A stretch of DNA of 64,000 nucleotides from Penicillus capitatus (taxonomy: Eukaryota > Plantae > Chlorophyta). Below the pieces are notes generated by a model. It saw only the letters and a program-made list of their open reading frames with translations. It was not told the origin of the DNA and made no database searches. Within the stretch, counting starts at the first letter, position 1. Each line of letters begins with the position of its first letter. Below, one piece after another: positions 1 through 12,113 of this stretch. Both the position numbers and the translations under genes were made by a program. The stretch covers positions 62,001 to 126,000 of the forward strand of contig OZ287709.1 of assembly GCA_965649825.1 (NCBI GenBank), given 5' to 3'.

Positions 1-669
1 TTCACAAATCGGGACATCAAACCAGAGAACATCCTTTTCTATCCTGTACCTGTCGGACAGTCACCCATGCTTGTACTGTGTGATTTTGGACTCTCTCGCC
101 GCGACACCTCAGGTTTAATCTCGACGATGGAAGGAACCTGTGGTTACCTGGCACCGGAGCTTTTTTCTGGGCAGTGTAAAACAGTTGACCAAATTAAACA
201 AGCCGACCTATATTCTTGCGGGGTGGTCCTCTATCAGATGCTATACGGATTAGCACATCGACCCCTTGGACCTGGACCGGGAAACAAAGCACGACATCGC
301 ATCGATATGAAAATAATGCGTTCTTGGTTACACGGAGGATTCAAAGAACTGGAACTTCCAGATCTCAGATACGTGTCTGAGGAATGCGCGGACTTTCTCA
401 ATCGAATTCTGCAGCCAAATCCTAAAAACAGAATGAAGATAGACGAAATATGGACACATCCCTGGTTTCGTACCAGTCTGAGCGATGAAGCGCTGGAGTG
501 GAATCGGACGCTATTAGCTGCACAGGAGTCCGACACCTCTCTCCAACTCTTCAACGAACAACAACTCGAAACTCTCTTGGACGAAGCGTGTCCAGTCAAG
601 ATGAAGTCACGTGGATGCGGATTTCATCCTTTCAAGCAATTGGCGACGCTGACAAGAAGCCAATCCTGA
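1..669 (+). CDS. Ser/Thr protein kinase, C-terminal part (SnRK2/CAMK-like); 5' end lies outside the window
   Basis: Frame 1 reads from base 1 as TNRDIKPEN (catalytic loop), then DFG, GTCGYLAPE, ADLYSCGVVLY and HPWF; stop at 667-669. Confidence 0.9.
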   Translation, partial: FTNRDIKPENILFYPVPVGQSPMLVLCDFGLSRRDTSGLISTMEGTCGYLAPELFSGQCKTVDQIKQADLYSCGVVLYQMLYGLAHRPLGPGPGNKARHRIDMKIMRSWLHGGFKELELPDLRYVSEECADFLNRILQPNPKNRMKIDEIWTHPWFRTSLSDEALEWNRTLLAAQESDTSLQLFNEQQLETLLDEACPVKMKSRGCGFHPFKQLATLTRSQS

Positions 670-1055
670 TTGGATGGATGGATAGATGACGCTGGTGCCA
701 CACCTCAGTCGAATCTCATTCTTTCATCTGAGTGCACGTACATATGCATGTGTACGCGAGTGTCGTCTATGTACATACATGTACGTGCATCCGTCTATCC
801 ATACATGTATGCTGCGCTTGTTCGTTCGTTTGTTCGTTTGTTTGTTCATATAATTTTCACAAGGTCCGTCCCGTGTTGTGGATGAGCGAGGTCGAACGGC
901 GAATTTAATCAAAGTGCAGAGATTTTCTCTGTTTGCACTAGTAGGCCGCAGTGAATAAGATACCAAGTCAAGAAACACACAATGATGAAGCTTTCCCTGA
1001 TGAATAAAGAAAGTTCTTTTTGTTCTCACGATCATGAGCATCCTCTGTTTTTGCT

Positions 1056-3938
1056 TCAACGACGACGTCTTCTAAATCGTCTGAACCGTGATTTCTTGGG
1101 TATCTCCGGTTCTGTCCATGGAAGTCGATCTGTAACGATTCGGCTGTTTCGTAGATGTGGCAATTTGACGAGGGCGTCCCTGACTTCTTTTCGATCTTCA
1201 TACCATGATTTATACAACTGGTCGTCTTTGTCTAACCACCATGCAAAATCCCTGTGTCCACGACCAGCAACCACAACAACATCGCCCTTCCGTGCTGTTC
1301 CAATGGCGGCGCGAATAGCAAAGCTGCGATCTTCAATAACATGCCGCTGGATCTCTTTTTGTGCCCGGAATAGCCACTCTTCAAACCACCATGGTACACG
1401 ACCTGGGTCTTGCCAAGGGGAAAGCACCCATAGTTCTGATCTATCGAGGACATCTTCAGGAAAGCCAGCTACAATGTCATCAATGATTTCGTCGGGAGCC
1501 TCTTTGGCTGGTGAATCCGATGTAATAATGACAATATCAGCATGATAGTGGGCGACACTGCCCATCAGAGCGCGCTCCTGCCGAGAATGATGACCACAAC
1601 ATCCAAAAACTAAGAACACTCTCTTTGCACCACACGCCCTGATCTCTTTAGATGTATGGCACCCTTCCTTGTAAATGCGTGATCGTACTTCATATTCTGA
1701 ATGACAGATGTCAGACGTTTCGCAGAATCAGCACTATCAACCACTACTGAAAAATCTTGTCCCTCGTCCACGAGCTCGCACCTAATCCCGGCAGCGTTAA
1801 CAAAGAAAGAGCTTTTAATAGATGCGATCAATCACCGACCGTCCTGGAATATCATCCAGCGATTCGATCCCGGTCACAACAGTTTGCAGTTCAATGCCGA
1901 TCGATATGGCTGTTGCCACCGAGGCAAGGATATTGGAGATGTTATGCTTTCCAACAAGAGGCGTGATGATCTGCATCTTGCCAAGAGGTGTTCGAATAAT
2001 GGCTTCGGATTCCCAGATCGTACTGGACACAGATTCTGTGTTGACATCTGCTGTGGTGTTTAACACAGAGTAGGTCACCACCGGCACCTCGCTGGACTGA
2101 TCAATGAACTCCTGAGCATGTGGATCGTCGATGTTGATGATGACACGCTGCCCATCTGGAATATTCATCTTGCGGAAGAGCCTTGCATAGATCGACTTCT
2201 TCTGTTTAAACGTGTCTTTTGTATCTCTGTCTTCAGATTCGAGGTTCGTGTAGACCATGACGTCAAAATTCACATTCTCCAGACGCCGATCTGTCAAAGC
2301 ATCTACGGTGCACTCGACGATGCAGGCGCGTGCTCCACGGTAGGCCATTCCGGCAAGAATCTTTTGCACCTGACATAGCACAACAATGACGCACACATTC
2401 AAAAAAGACATGCCTTTGATCTGCCTGCAGCGGATCTGGGACAGCACGATCGATGGAATAGCGTCCTTGAAAAGGAGTGAGATGATAAGGTGCTGCTGCC
2501 GAACGATAATATGCAGGATCGTTTTCTGTTGGAATGAAGAGATCACCCTCTGCCGTAAGCTGATCTCCAAGAATGGCGTACTCGATGTCGCACATCATCC
2601 CTGTGCAGACCTTGAACTCCTCAAGGATCTGTCGCAGAATCCAGGCAGTGGATGTCTTGCCATGTGTACCCAGGACACCAATGATTTTCATCTTTGCACT
2701 GGGATATCCTGAACATATACACAAACGTAACTTGATCTGCCCTTCGTCCGTGAACTGACCGTAGAAGATACAGCCGATCGAACTCATAGCATAGGGAAGA
2801 TTCACAACAGGGAGAACGGGAATCAGGGCTTCTATGTCGTCGATGGGTATCCCTTCTTTTTTCAGTGGCCGTTTCCACTGTTCTCTGTCTACACATCGCA
2901 TCACACTATGTGCCGGAGGTTCATTTAAACGCTTCTCTTCATCGACACCGTTTCCGAAAGTAACACCAGGATCTTCCTCTAAGAATATCTCGATGCCGTC
3001 CTGCAGCAGAATGGCCACGGCTCCGTTCTCCACGGCCAATGGAATGTGCTTCAGTCCATCATAATCGTCCGTCTTCTGAGCGAAATAGATACTTCCTGGC
3101 GTCACATTCTCTGCTTGACTGTGCAATCCTGTGATGGTCACATCCTTCCATCCTGGACAAGTCCACGATCAAGACAGCACAATTCTGGGAGATACACACG
3201 TTTTTTAACCATCTGAGCTTCTTCGTCTAATTTGGCTCGATTGAGCAGATCCAGGAACTGCATAGAGAACTGTGGCATGGGTTTGTACGGAAAATCCTCC
3301 AATCTCTTAATAGGCATCAGAGGTGACTCGAATTCGGATTCATAAGCTGAACCATCGAGATAGCTTTCTTCCATGGCTCTGATCTTCCTGTCCATCTTCG
3401 CCAGTTTAGCTTTGGCATTCTCAATGTCCGCTCCCTCGATGATGAGTCTCTCATAGGCCTGCTTGTCTTTCTTTGCAATATCATCAACACCAGTAAGATC
3501 TTCATTCTCTTCGTCCTCTTCGTCCTCGTCGTCTACCTCATCCTCGTCATCTTCCTTTTCCTCGTCATCTTCTGATTCTGATAGCCAGTCTTCAATTTCG
3601 TCATCTTCTGGGTGTTTCTCAGATAGTGGCGAAACCGAATCAGATTCAGACACTAACGTCTCGGCAGCACCCTCATCCTCTTCCTTGCCGAAGATAGATT
3701 CCAAGTCGGCATCTGTCTGCTCATCGAGTTTCCCGTCGTCAGCAAAGGACCAGATCCTCGATGACGGCCTTGTCGACGCAGGGATCGTCTTCGAATCCGG
3801 CCACTTCTTCTGAGCGGCGACGCATCGCTGTCGGATGGTCGATACCCTACTCAATGGTGATCTCCGCCACTCGATCTCCGGAAAGCGCATCCTTTTATCA
3901 AGACCTGCTGCACCTTTCCTCGAAGTCGTCAATCGCAT
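1056..3938 (-). CDS. murE: Plastid-type MurE-like Mur ligase with long acidic N-terminal extension; multi-exon, probably catalytically degenerate
   Basis: Spliced ORFs 3138-3938, 2263-3141, 1815-2570 and 1056-1619 give the Mur-ligase N-domain (VTPGSIYFA), P-loop GVLGTHGKTST, GKHNISNILA, IPGR and the C-terminal GDVVVVAGRGH. The N-terminus is basic and Ser/Arg-rich, followed by a D/E tract. Confidence 0.88.
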
Positions 3939-4083
3939 CCTGTCCGATCGACAACGAGCGATGCGTCTTCAAGACCAGTGATTTGGTCTGTTCACTGCAC
4001 TCAGTTCGTGCGTCTTGTCGTACAAATGTTGCGAATGGGACATGGCCTTCTACGAGTAAGGGTTTAAGATTACCCCGAAGAAT

Positions 4084-5640
4084 ATGACTAAGTGCGAATC
4101 CAAAGTGTAGAGAGTATCCTGCTGCACTTGTCACTGCTCTCACAGTTTCCATCAGAGAGAACGCAGTTCGCATTCGAATACTGTCACCTCTTATCCTCCA
4201 CTCTCTTCCTTTTCACAGTCCGTGTGAGATTTAATGGGACGGCTGGCGAAGACGCGTCTTTCAACCGACTAAGGTGGTGACAGAACTCGGTCTCTAAACA
4301 GATCTGCACGATTCTGTGTTCTCCAGTGGCCGGAGATCGGTTTTTCATCAATCTCAACTCGTTCCACAGACACCTCCCATCAGACAGGCAGAGTTGGACG
4401 ATCTGGTGGATCTTTTGCGAAACTCGAAACGAACGACTGTCTTAACTGGAGCCGGTCAGACAGAAGCGCTGCAGTTCTGCTCGAATTGGTCCTGTGTCCA
4501 GGAGTGAGCACCGCTTCGGGAATTCCAGATTATCGTGGTCCGGGTGGAGCCTATACACGCGTCGGGTACAAACCCATGTCACATCAAACGGTGTGAGTGT
4601 TATTATCAGCTGAAGTGTGAATCCAAGTGGATCTCTTTAAAGTTTATGGCGACAGAGGCGGCTAGATCACGTTATTGGTTACGCAACTTTGCTGGATGGG
4701 AGCAATTCAAGGACAGTATTCCTAATGCTTCTCATCTGGGCATCGCAGAACTACAAAAGAAGAAATGGATGGATTTCATCATCACACAGAATGTGGATCG
4801 ATTGCATCACAAAGCAGGATCGACAGATATTATCGAATTGCACGGGACCACTTATCAGTCAGTTTCTCCATTGCTTCTTCACAGACAACCGTGAGACGTG
4901 CCTGTCGGTGGCAGTGTTACATGTACGAATTGTGGAGATTTAACAGACAGAGCACAATTTCAGACGATCTTGTCAGAGTTGAATCCGACTGCGAAGCAAA
5001 TGGTGAATCAAGAGTCTTCTGAGCGTCAAGATTCCGCTTTTCAAGAACAGGTGATATGTTGCTGTGTGAGAAGACTGACAGGAGCGTCATACATTCTGCA
5101 TAGAAAACCAAGAATGGGGCATCTGCCGTGCGACCAGATGGCGACGTTGAGATGTCGGGAGGGGAGAAGGATTTCGTCGTGCCATCTTGTTCGCTTTGTG
5201 GAGGAATACTGAAGCCACATGTCGTGTTCTTTGGAGACTCTGTGCCGAAAGAGCGTGCGAATTTGTACGGATCCTGCTGCACAGATTTGTTTATGATCTG
5301 ATAGGCTGAATGCAGGGCGTATGAAGTGTGTTCAGAATCAGAGGCACTGCTGGTCATCGGATCATCAGTGGCGGTCTACTCGGCATACCGTCTTGTGAAA
5401 GCGGCAAAAGAAAACAATGCTCGAATTGCGATCATCAATGTAGGAAAGACACGAGCAGATGATCTTAGCGATATCAAAGTGAGCAGTTGGTTTCCATGAG
5501 TCTGGTGGAGAGATACCACTGATATGCTGCTTGCTTATCAGGTCGAGTGCGTGGCAGGGGAAGTCTTGTCACAGCTGGCATCGCATCCTTCTTTAATGGC
5601 AACGCGAATACGGCGAAGCGCGTTCACGGCATTTACGTGA
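4084..5640 (+). CDS. SRT2: NAD-dependent sirtuin, SIRT4/SRT2 class; start codon uncertain
   Basis: Spliced motifs [42 protein letters not shown], Zn-binding CTNC...[20 protein letters not shown] and [11 protein letters not shown]; stop at 5638-5640. Confidence 0.88.
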
Positions 5641-5792
5641 TCGATAAACAAGTGATCGATATCTCATCCGTTACTGGTCGTTCGTATAATGCCCCCTCAT
5701 ACTTCCAGGGAACCTTCTAGATACCACTGTAAGGAGCCGAGAAAATTGTGAAACATCGAATCAAAACAAACAGAAACAGATCCGTCGAGATC

Positions 5793-6823
5793 TCATGCCC
5801 AGATAGCGACGATGGACATCAGCCCAAAACCGATAACCAGCATGAACAGTTTTTCAGCTTTGTGGCCCTTTTCCTTGAGTTCATTCGGAATGATTTCCAT
5901 CAAGGCCACATAGAGAAAAGTGCCAGCAGCTAGAGCTGTGATACAAGCAGACGTCAACGAGTCTGAGAACTCAGAAATCGCATAGCCCACGAGAACACCA
6001 ATGGGGGATGCCAAAGAGAAGGTGCCCATAAGAAGCCAATACATCTGTCCCGAGGCATTGCTGTCGATGACACATGCACCAAGTGCATAAGCAGCCATTC
6101 CCTTGTGCACCATAATGGCAATGGCCAAATCAATGGAGCTCTCGATTTCTTCTTCTGTCCCCAAACCCAAACCTTCCATCACTGAGTGGAAAACCAAGGC
6201 CAATGCCAGAAGAAAAGCAGTGGTCATTGGCAGGCGAGCTTCTTCCTTCGTCTTCTGCTCTTCGTCCTGTTCCCCTTCAGGCAATCGAAGGAATTCATCG
6301 ATGTCTCGATCGCCTTGAGAACAAAAACACTTTCTCGACATATTGAACCAAATCGCCGCTGTTCGGCTGACCTCTCAGTCGCGCAGCTGCTTGCGAGGGG
6401 TGCGATGAATCCTTGAGGTCGAGGTATTCGTGAGCGATCTGATCGACGATGAGAGTGACCAAGAAGCCACACGAACAGAGGAAAGGACCGAGGGGAAAAT
6501 CTTCGACCTCTTCTTCGATGTCCTCGAGAGAATCCGCCAAGAGGTGGCAGAAACCCGCCGACAACATGACTACGATGACGCAAGATAATATCGACGTGGC
6601 CTTTGGAAGGCGCATCGGTTACCTCCACCGCTAAACATGCTTCCCAACTGAAATGCCAAGCTACGACCGCCTCCGCTGTAGAGCCTGAGAGGGAGGTAGG
6701 ATCCTACAACGCGAGAATTTTGACGTGCAGTTCGGGATTAAGCGTTGCTGTACCGAATAATGCGATGAGAAGCAAGGCGACGGCACAGCCGAGGTCAAAG
6801 AAAAACATATCCACGTCTTCCAT
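5793..6823 (-). CDS. ZIP-family zinc/iron transporter
   Basis: FSGG-VMLSAGFCHLL, ALVFHSVMEGLGLG, AIMVHKG, FSLASPIG and AAGTFLYVALMEI, with multiple hydrophobic helices; ATG at 6823 with two short introns near the 5' end. Confidence 0.92.
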
Positions 6824-7278
6824 GGCGTCGTAGAGGTCTCACGAAAACGAGGACGGTGTTGTTCGACGACTGTGAAAAAGACATCATTCGTCGCATTTCG
6901 AGGCTGTTTTTGGAAAGAGCATTTCGACCACAGGTCACGAAACTATGTCTATACATCGTTCTGAGTGTTCTTGACGACGAATGTCACACGACCGATGGCG
7001 AATGCGAACTTAACGTAGATGGAGACGGATGGCGAAGCAAAAATCTGCCGCATCGAAATAGACAACCTGTGGTCGTTATATACAATCAACCCAGGTGATG
7101 AAGGTTTTGGACGGACGTTGAAGCAGACAGAAAGAAAACGATGATTCGGCAGCGCTTTTTAATGCGACGCTCCCGGAATCGGGAGTAAAACACAGAAATC
7201 CCTCCATTCAAAATTCCACACAAAACAAAGCACCCTGTCTCATTCTTCTCGTTCCGTCCAAAATTATCCAACTGATCT

Positions 7279-9862
7279 CTATGATCTTGCATCGTTGAGC
7301 AATTCGTATGCCAAGTTCTCAGAGCTGCCTAGAAGCAGAGGGCTCTTGCATCGAGACATTGGAGAGAAGGATAACCCATCATGGCATTAATCTCTTCGCT
7401 TCTCTCTGTTTCCGTCTTCAAGGATCGAAACTGAATCTCCATTTTTCCGTCATCGTCGGCAGATTTCGTCGCCTTGATGTGGGTCGATGCATAGGCTGCC
7501 ACTTGAGGAAGATGCGAGATACAAATGACTTGGTTCTTCACTTCTTTTGCATTCGTACATATGTTTCGGAGTAGTTTTCCAACTGTTTTGCCCAAACGCA
7601 CACCGACGCCTGTGTCAAGCTCGTCCAGAACAAGAACAACACCAGATGCATCGTTCTGGCTCTCTCTGAAGATGGAGACCAACTCCTTGTCATCTCGAAT
7701 CAAAGTTGGTGCTGCCTTGAAGGCCAGCATGATGCGTGCACATTCGCCACCGGATGCCACTCCAGACAGTGCCCTGGAAAAGACGTGACACATAGACGCG
7801 CATAGATGTGATGAATGGCTTGCCTGAGAGGCTCTGTCGGACCAGGAGCAAGGAGAAACTCCACAGAATCGAATCCATCTGCCGTTGCAAGATATCGAGC
7901 ATCACCACGCTCGCCAGCCTCTGTTGCTGTCTCTGATGTGACATACACGCCCGACACTTGCTAAGCACATGCTCCGAACATCTGCTTGGCAAATTCGGAT
8001 CGAAGAGTGCCCACCTTCTGGGTGCTTTCCCAATTAATCCGAATATCGAAGCGACTCTTTTGCATTGCCAAGTCGTAGAGGCAATCCTCAATGGCCTTCC
8101 TTAACTTCCCAGCCATTTCACGACGGGCGAGGCTGAGAGATACACTCTTCCGTATGTACTCCTCTTCGACAGTCGCCAGTTCCGACTCCCAATCCGTTCT
8201 TCGATCTAAAATTCAACGATGACGCTGCGTGAAGATTCCTCTCGCAGTAGCTTACCACAAGAATCCATGTACTGATCCAACCTTGCCTGCGTCTCGGATG
8301 CCAAATCCAACAATTCTTCTGTTGAGCGGCATTGAAAATCCTTAAGCAGCTTTTCGATCTGCCATCATCACAACAGCCAGCTGTCGATCCATCACGTGTA
8401 TGCTTGACATTACTTCTTTCAACCGTTGTCGAAGCTCAGACTGCTCCACCTGGTCAAACTTCATGAAGGAGGCAAAATCCAGAACCTAAACGTCCATTCC
8501 TTGATCTCCAACAGTCCGGGAATCCATCACACGTCTTCGGCAGCGTTCTCCAATTCTTTCTCTGCCCTTTCGATGTGCTCCAAGGCATCATCCAAACAGT
8601 GCAGGGCACAATTGATGCTGTTGTCACACTCGTCGATGTCTTCATCTTCTTCACTATCCGTCAGGTCTAGAAACCGACAGGACCTTCAACAAAGCCAGGG
8701 CACTCTTCTTCCACCTGCATTTCGCTGTTCCTGGCGGGCAATGGATTTGATGCGACTGGACACATCTTGCAAAGCATGCGTGATCCCTTCGGAGCCGCCT
8801 AAGGAATAACCATGTACAGATCTCCATCCTTTGGTGCTGTCTTCAATAAGATCTCACTGTCCAGGCTCCTTCCAATCCCAACGGCGGCTTCAACGGAGCA
8901 GGCATGTGTTTCCAACACTTGCAATGCATATCTCAAGTTGCGTTCCTCTCCTGGACCAATGCCGGCCATGGTCACTTCTTCGCAGAGCCTCTCTGCCTCC
9001 TCCCGTATCTCTTTATCTTCAAACTCGGAAGACACAGACAGCTGCAGAATAGCAACATGACGAAGCACCAACATCGAATGATGGACAAACCAAGGACTTC
9101 AGTTCAGACATGCGCTCGAAAGTGTTTGCAATCTCTTGTTGGAGTGCGGACCGACCGGTGATTCGATCGATGAGTGCCATCTGTTGTTGCTTGTTTCCCA
9201 GCTGAGTGACAGCGTACTGCCCATTGATGTCGAAGAACACCTCAGCTAGCGCCTTCAATACGCGGACGGAGACTGGATCACCATTGACAAAACAACGACT
9301 CCTCAATCCGCTGACCGTCTGCGAAATCTGATGACCGCCATGATCACCATCACTTCGACCCATAGAGAGAGATGCGACCTACCTCCCGCCTCAAAACAAT
9401 ATCGCCGCCGACATCGTCTTGTAGATGGGCCAGTCCGTGGCCATGAACGTCAAATTGTCGAAAGAGTGCTCGAACACGACGCATGCCGTTTGCCGCCAGA
9501 TGAAAAGTTGCCTCAAGCGCAGCACTGTCGCAGGAAGGACGAACGCAGTTTCCCAACGACGTCTTTCCCAACACTTGACTCAATGCCTCGATCAGCACAG
9601 ATTTTCCAGCGCCACTCTCGCCTGTCACCACATTGAATCCCGGATCGAAGAACACCTCCTCTTTCTTGACGAGGATGAAATCTTCAATGTAGAGTCTCTT
9701 CAGATAAGAGGCGTCTGGATGAAAGGCATCGTGGATGACAGAAGAGCTCTTGTCATGTTTGTCTCCAAAGGACGACGCAGACAGGTGTCTCTCGTCAGCA
9801 GAGAAAGAACTCCGCAGCAGAAATGACTTCGAGACACGTCGACAGGGGACACTCTCTATCAT
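7279..9862 (-). CDS. recN: Bacterial-type DNA repair protein RecN (SMC-like) with N-terminal organelle-targeting-like extension
   Basis: Walker A TGESGAGKS, FFDINGQ, central coiled coil, signature ASGGE, Walker B VLDELDTGVG and H-loop ISHLPQVAA. The last intron gives the ending MMGSSENLAYELLNDARS*. Confidence 0.9.
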
Positions 9863-10271
9863 ACAATGACGCACGCACTTATTAAGAGGGAACGATTGTC
9901 TGCGTCACACTTCCAAGCATTTTCTCGCTTCTGTGAGAACTCTGTCTGAAGAGTGGTTTTCCACATCTCCAAAGAACGCGATGCGCGTTGCCTTCGTAGC
10001 TGGTAAGACGATCGGCTGATAAGAGAGCAGTCTGCATGATTGCGTCACATCGAACATTCTGTGTGTTGTGTGTGCAGTCTAGTCTCCTCTCGATACCTCT
10101 GATAATGTTTTGAGCGCTTGTTTGACAGACGGATACATATTGAACGAGTAGGACACCATTAAGGCAGTCTTGTCGCATGACCCGCGGTCTCTTTTGAACA
10201 GGATTTGTTCTTTCTTGTTGTTGGACGACGGTTCGGTTTTTCCTGACGTTCGTTCGCTCGCATATCTATCA

Positions 10272-11561
10272 ATGGGTTGTATGTGCAGCATCCCGTCCGT
10301 CACTGTCTTCGAGAACAAAGGTGCGCCGACTACCTATACGGCATGCATTGAATTGTCTGGTCGACTGCGTTAGGCTGCGTCAGCGGAAAGTTCTCGGGTT
10401 CGACACTTGCCCCAACGAAATCGATGTTCCGCCGAAAGCACTCCACGTGCGAGGAGAAGATGGACCGCGGCATGTCGGTGGCGCAAATTGTCAAACTGTG
10501 CTATGAAATGGTGGATCAACGCTTTCAAGGTCTCTCCCTACTCGACTGCTCTGTGATTGTCTTGATGACGTGTGCCCATCTGCAGGTCTCGTGGATCCAA
10601 TCATGGTCGCGGCAATTATCATCATGGAGAGCGCAGGAGTTGCAGATTCGTGTCGGTTAAGAGAGGACTTCCGAGAAGCTGCCTATGGCTTGGGACAAGT
10701 ATCATCCATTGCTCTCTTCTCACACAATCCAAATGTGTGATGCATTAGATGTTGTTCTCAACTGCCGAGTTCTTGATGAAGTCGGGATATGACGCCTTCC
10801 CTTTGGCGCGTCCTGAGGATCTCTATAATCCGACCATTGCCGTCTATTTTGTCTGTGCCTGTGTTGATTACTTGTCCAAGCACGAAGACACAGGAAAGAG
10901 TGAGGAAGTCATCGTGAAGTCATACCACAATGGATCATCACACATGGAGGAAACGCCAGCTGAAGTGTGGGATGTCTACTTGAAAGCACGCAGTCAACTG
11001 ATTCGTTTGAAAACAGCAATGGATTCCCCACCCACAAAACAACTGATCTATGTGGTGCAGTCTGGTGAAAGCCTCGAGCTCATTGGACGCGTCTGCGGTG
11101 TTTCTGTCCAATCCATCATGGATGTTAATCCAGACGTGAAGGAGGCAGACAACATCCAGACAGGAGATTGCATCGAAATTCCGGTTGAGAAAATCCTGCC
11201 CAGATTCTACGTGGTCAAACCGAATGAGTCTGTGGAGTCCATTGCGCAAAGACACGATGTTTCACTGTTCAAACTCTATGGAGCCAATGCAGATCTGAAG
11301 AATTCAGTTGCACTCAAGCCTGGATGGATTCTATCCATTCCTGGACTCAAAGGAAATGCGTTGGATGGCAGATTGCGGAGTGATCTCATCTCAACAGGAA
11401 TCGACGATGGACCATTTTTCCTTTCATCTTTGGCAGAGCATGAAGCTGTGAGAATGGACGAAGATGCCATCTCTGGAAGCATGGCACGAGAATATCTAAG
11501 AAGAAGTTCTTACAGCCGATCTGCCATACAAAAAATCCTGAAACGAAACAGTCCAAACTAA
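10272..11561 (+). CDS. Lytic transglycosylase (SLT/GH23-like, plant At1g16290 type) fused to two LysM domains, with N-terminal MGCMCS acylation motif
   Basis: Exon 1 (10272-10320) is joined by a 53-nt GT-AG intron. The spliced protein has LVDPIMVAAIIIMES (catalytic Glu), YGLGQMLFSTAEFL and SEEVIVKSYHNG, then LysM1 YVVQSGESLELIG...IQTGDCIEIP and LysM2 YVVKPNESVESIAQRH...LKPGWILSIP. Confidence 0.85.
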
Positions 11562-12113
11562 TTCGTGTGAGATTGGTGCTTGTCGTCTTTTCATCTTTCT
11601 TTTCCTATGGATGTCCCATCCTCTTACCCCGACAACATCAATAATACGATGACATACTCTCGGCTCGGCAACGACCAGTCTTCCTGAGCTGCTTGGCTCT
11701 TTCAACAAGGAATGCAGCCGGACAATTCAGAATGGTTTGCCTCTACCTCTTTCTAATTCACTGTCCTTGTGAGTTCTGGCATGTCGATCGGTTGGAAGTG
11801 CCTTCCCAGAATGGTTATACGGAGAGATTGGGACGGATTTTGTGGATTGGACAGTATAACGTGACCGATGATTGTTTGAATAATCGCTTTTAGAACTCTC
11901 AATACTGAGTACTATCCAGTCATAAAGTACGGGTATCGCAGGAATCAATTTACACGCACAATAATTTGAAATTGTGTGATTTATTCAATCTCTTTAGGCA
12001 GCCATTCGCACGAAGCTCAGTGTTTGTGTAATAAACATGACACCGCTCCATTCGAGAGTATTCCATGCCAGACCATATCCATGATGCCACCAAATCATCT
12101 TTGCAAGCATCCT

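Noticed and set aside
750-850. Low-complexity ATAC/GTTC/GTTT runs after the kinase, with a similar tract at about 61630-61710
   Set aside because: Ordinary simple-sequence 3'UTR DNA without higher-order structure.
1-11561. MurE, RecN and SLT-LysM as a horizontally acquired bacterial operon or peptidoglycan gene cluster
   Set aside because: All three carry host-type short introns, are interspersed with ordinary eukaryotic genes, and are not co-oriented. MurE looks catalytically degenerate, so the proximity is probably coincidental.
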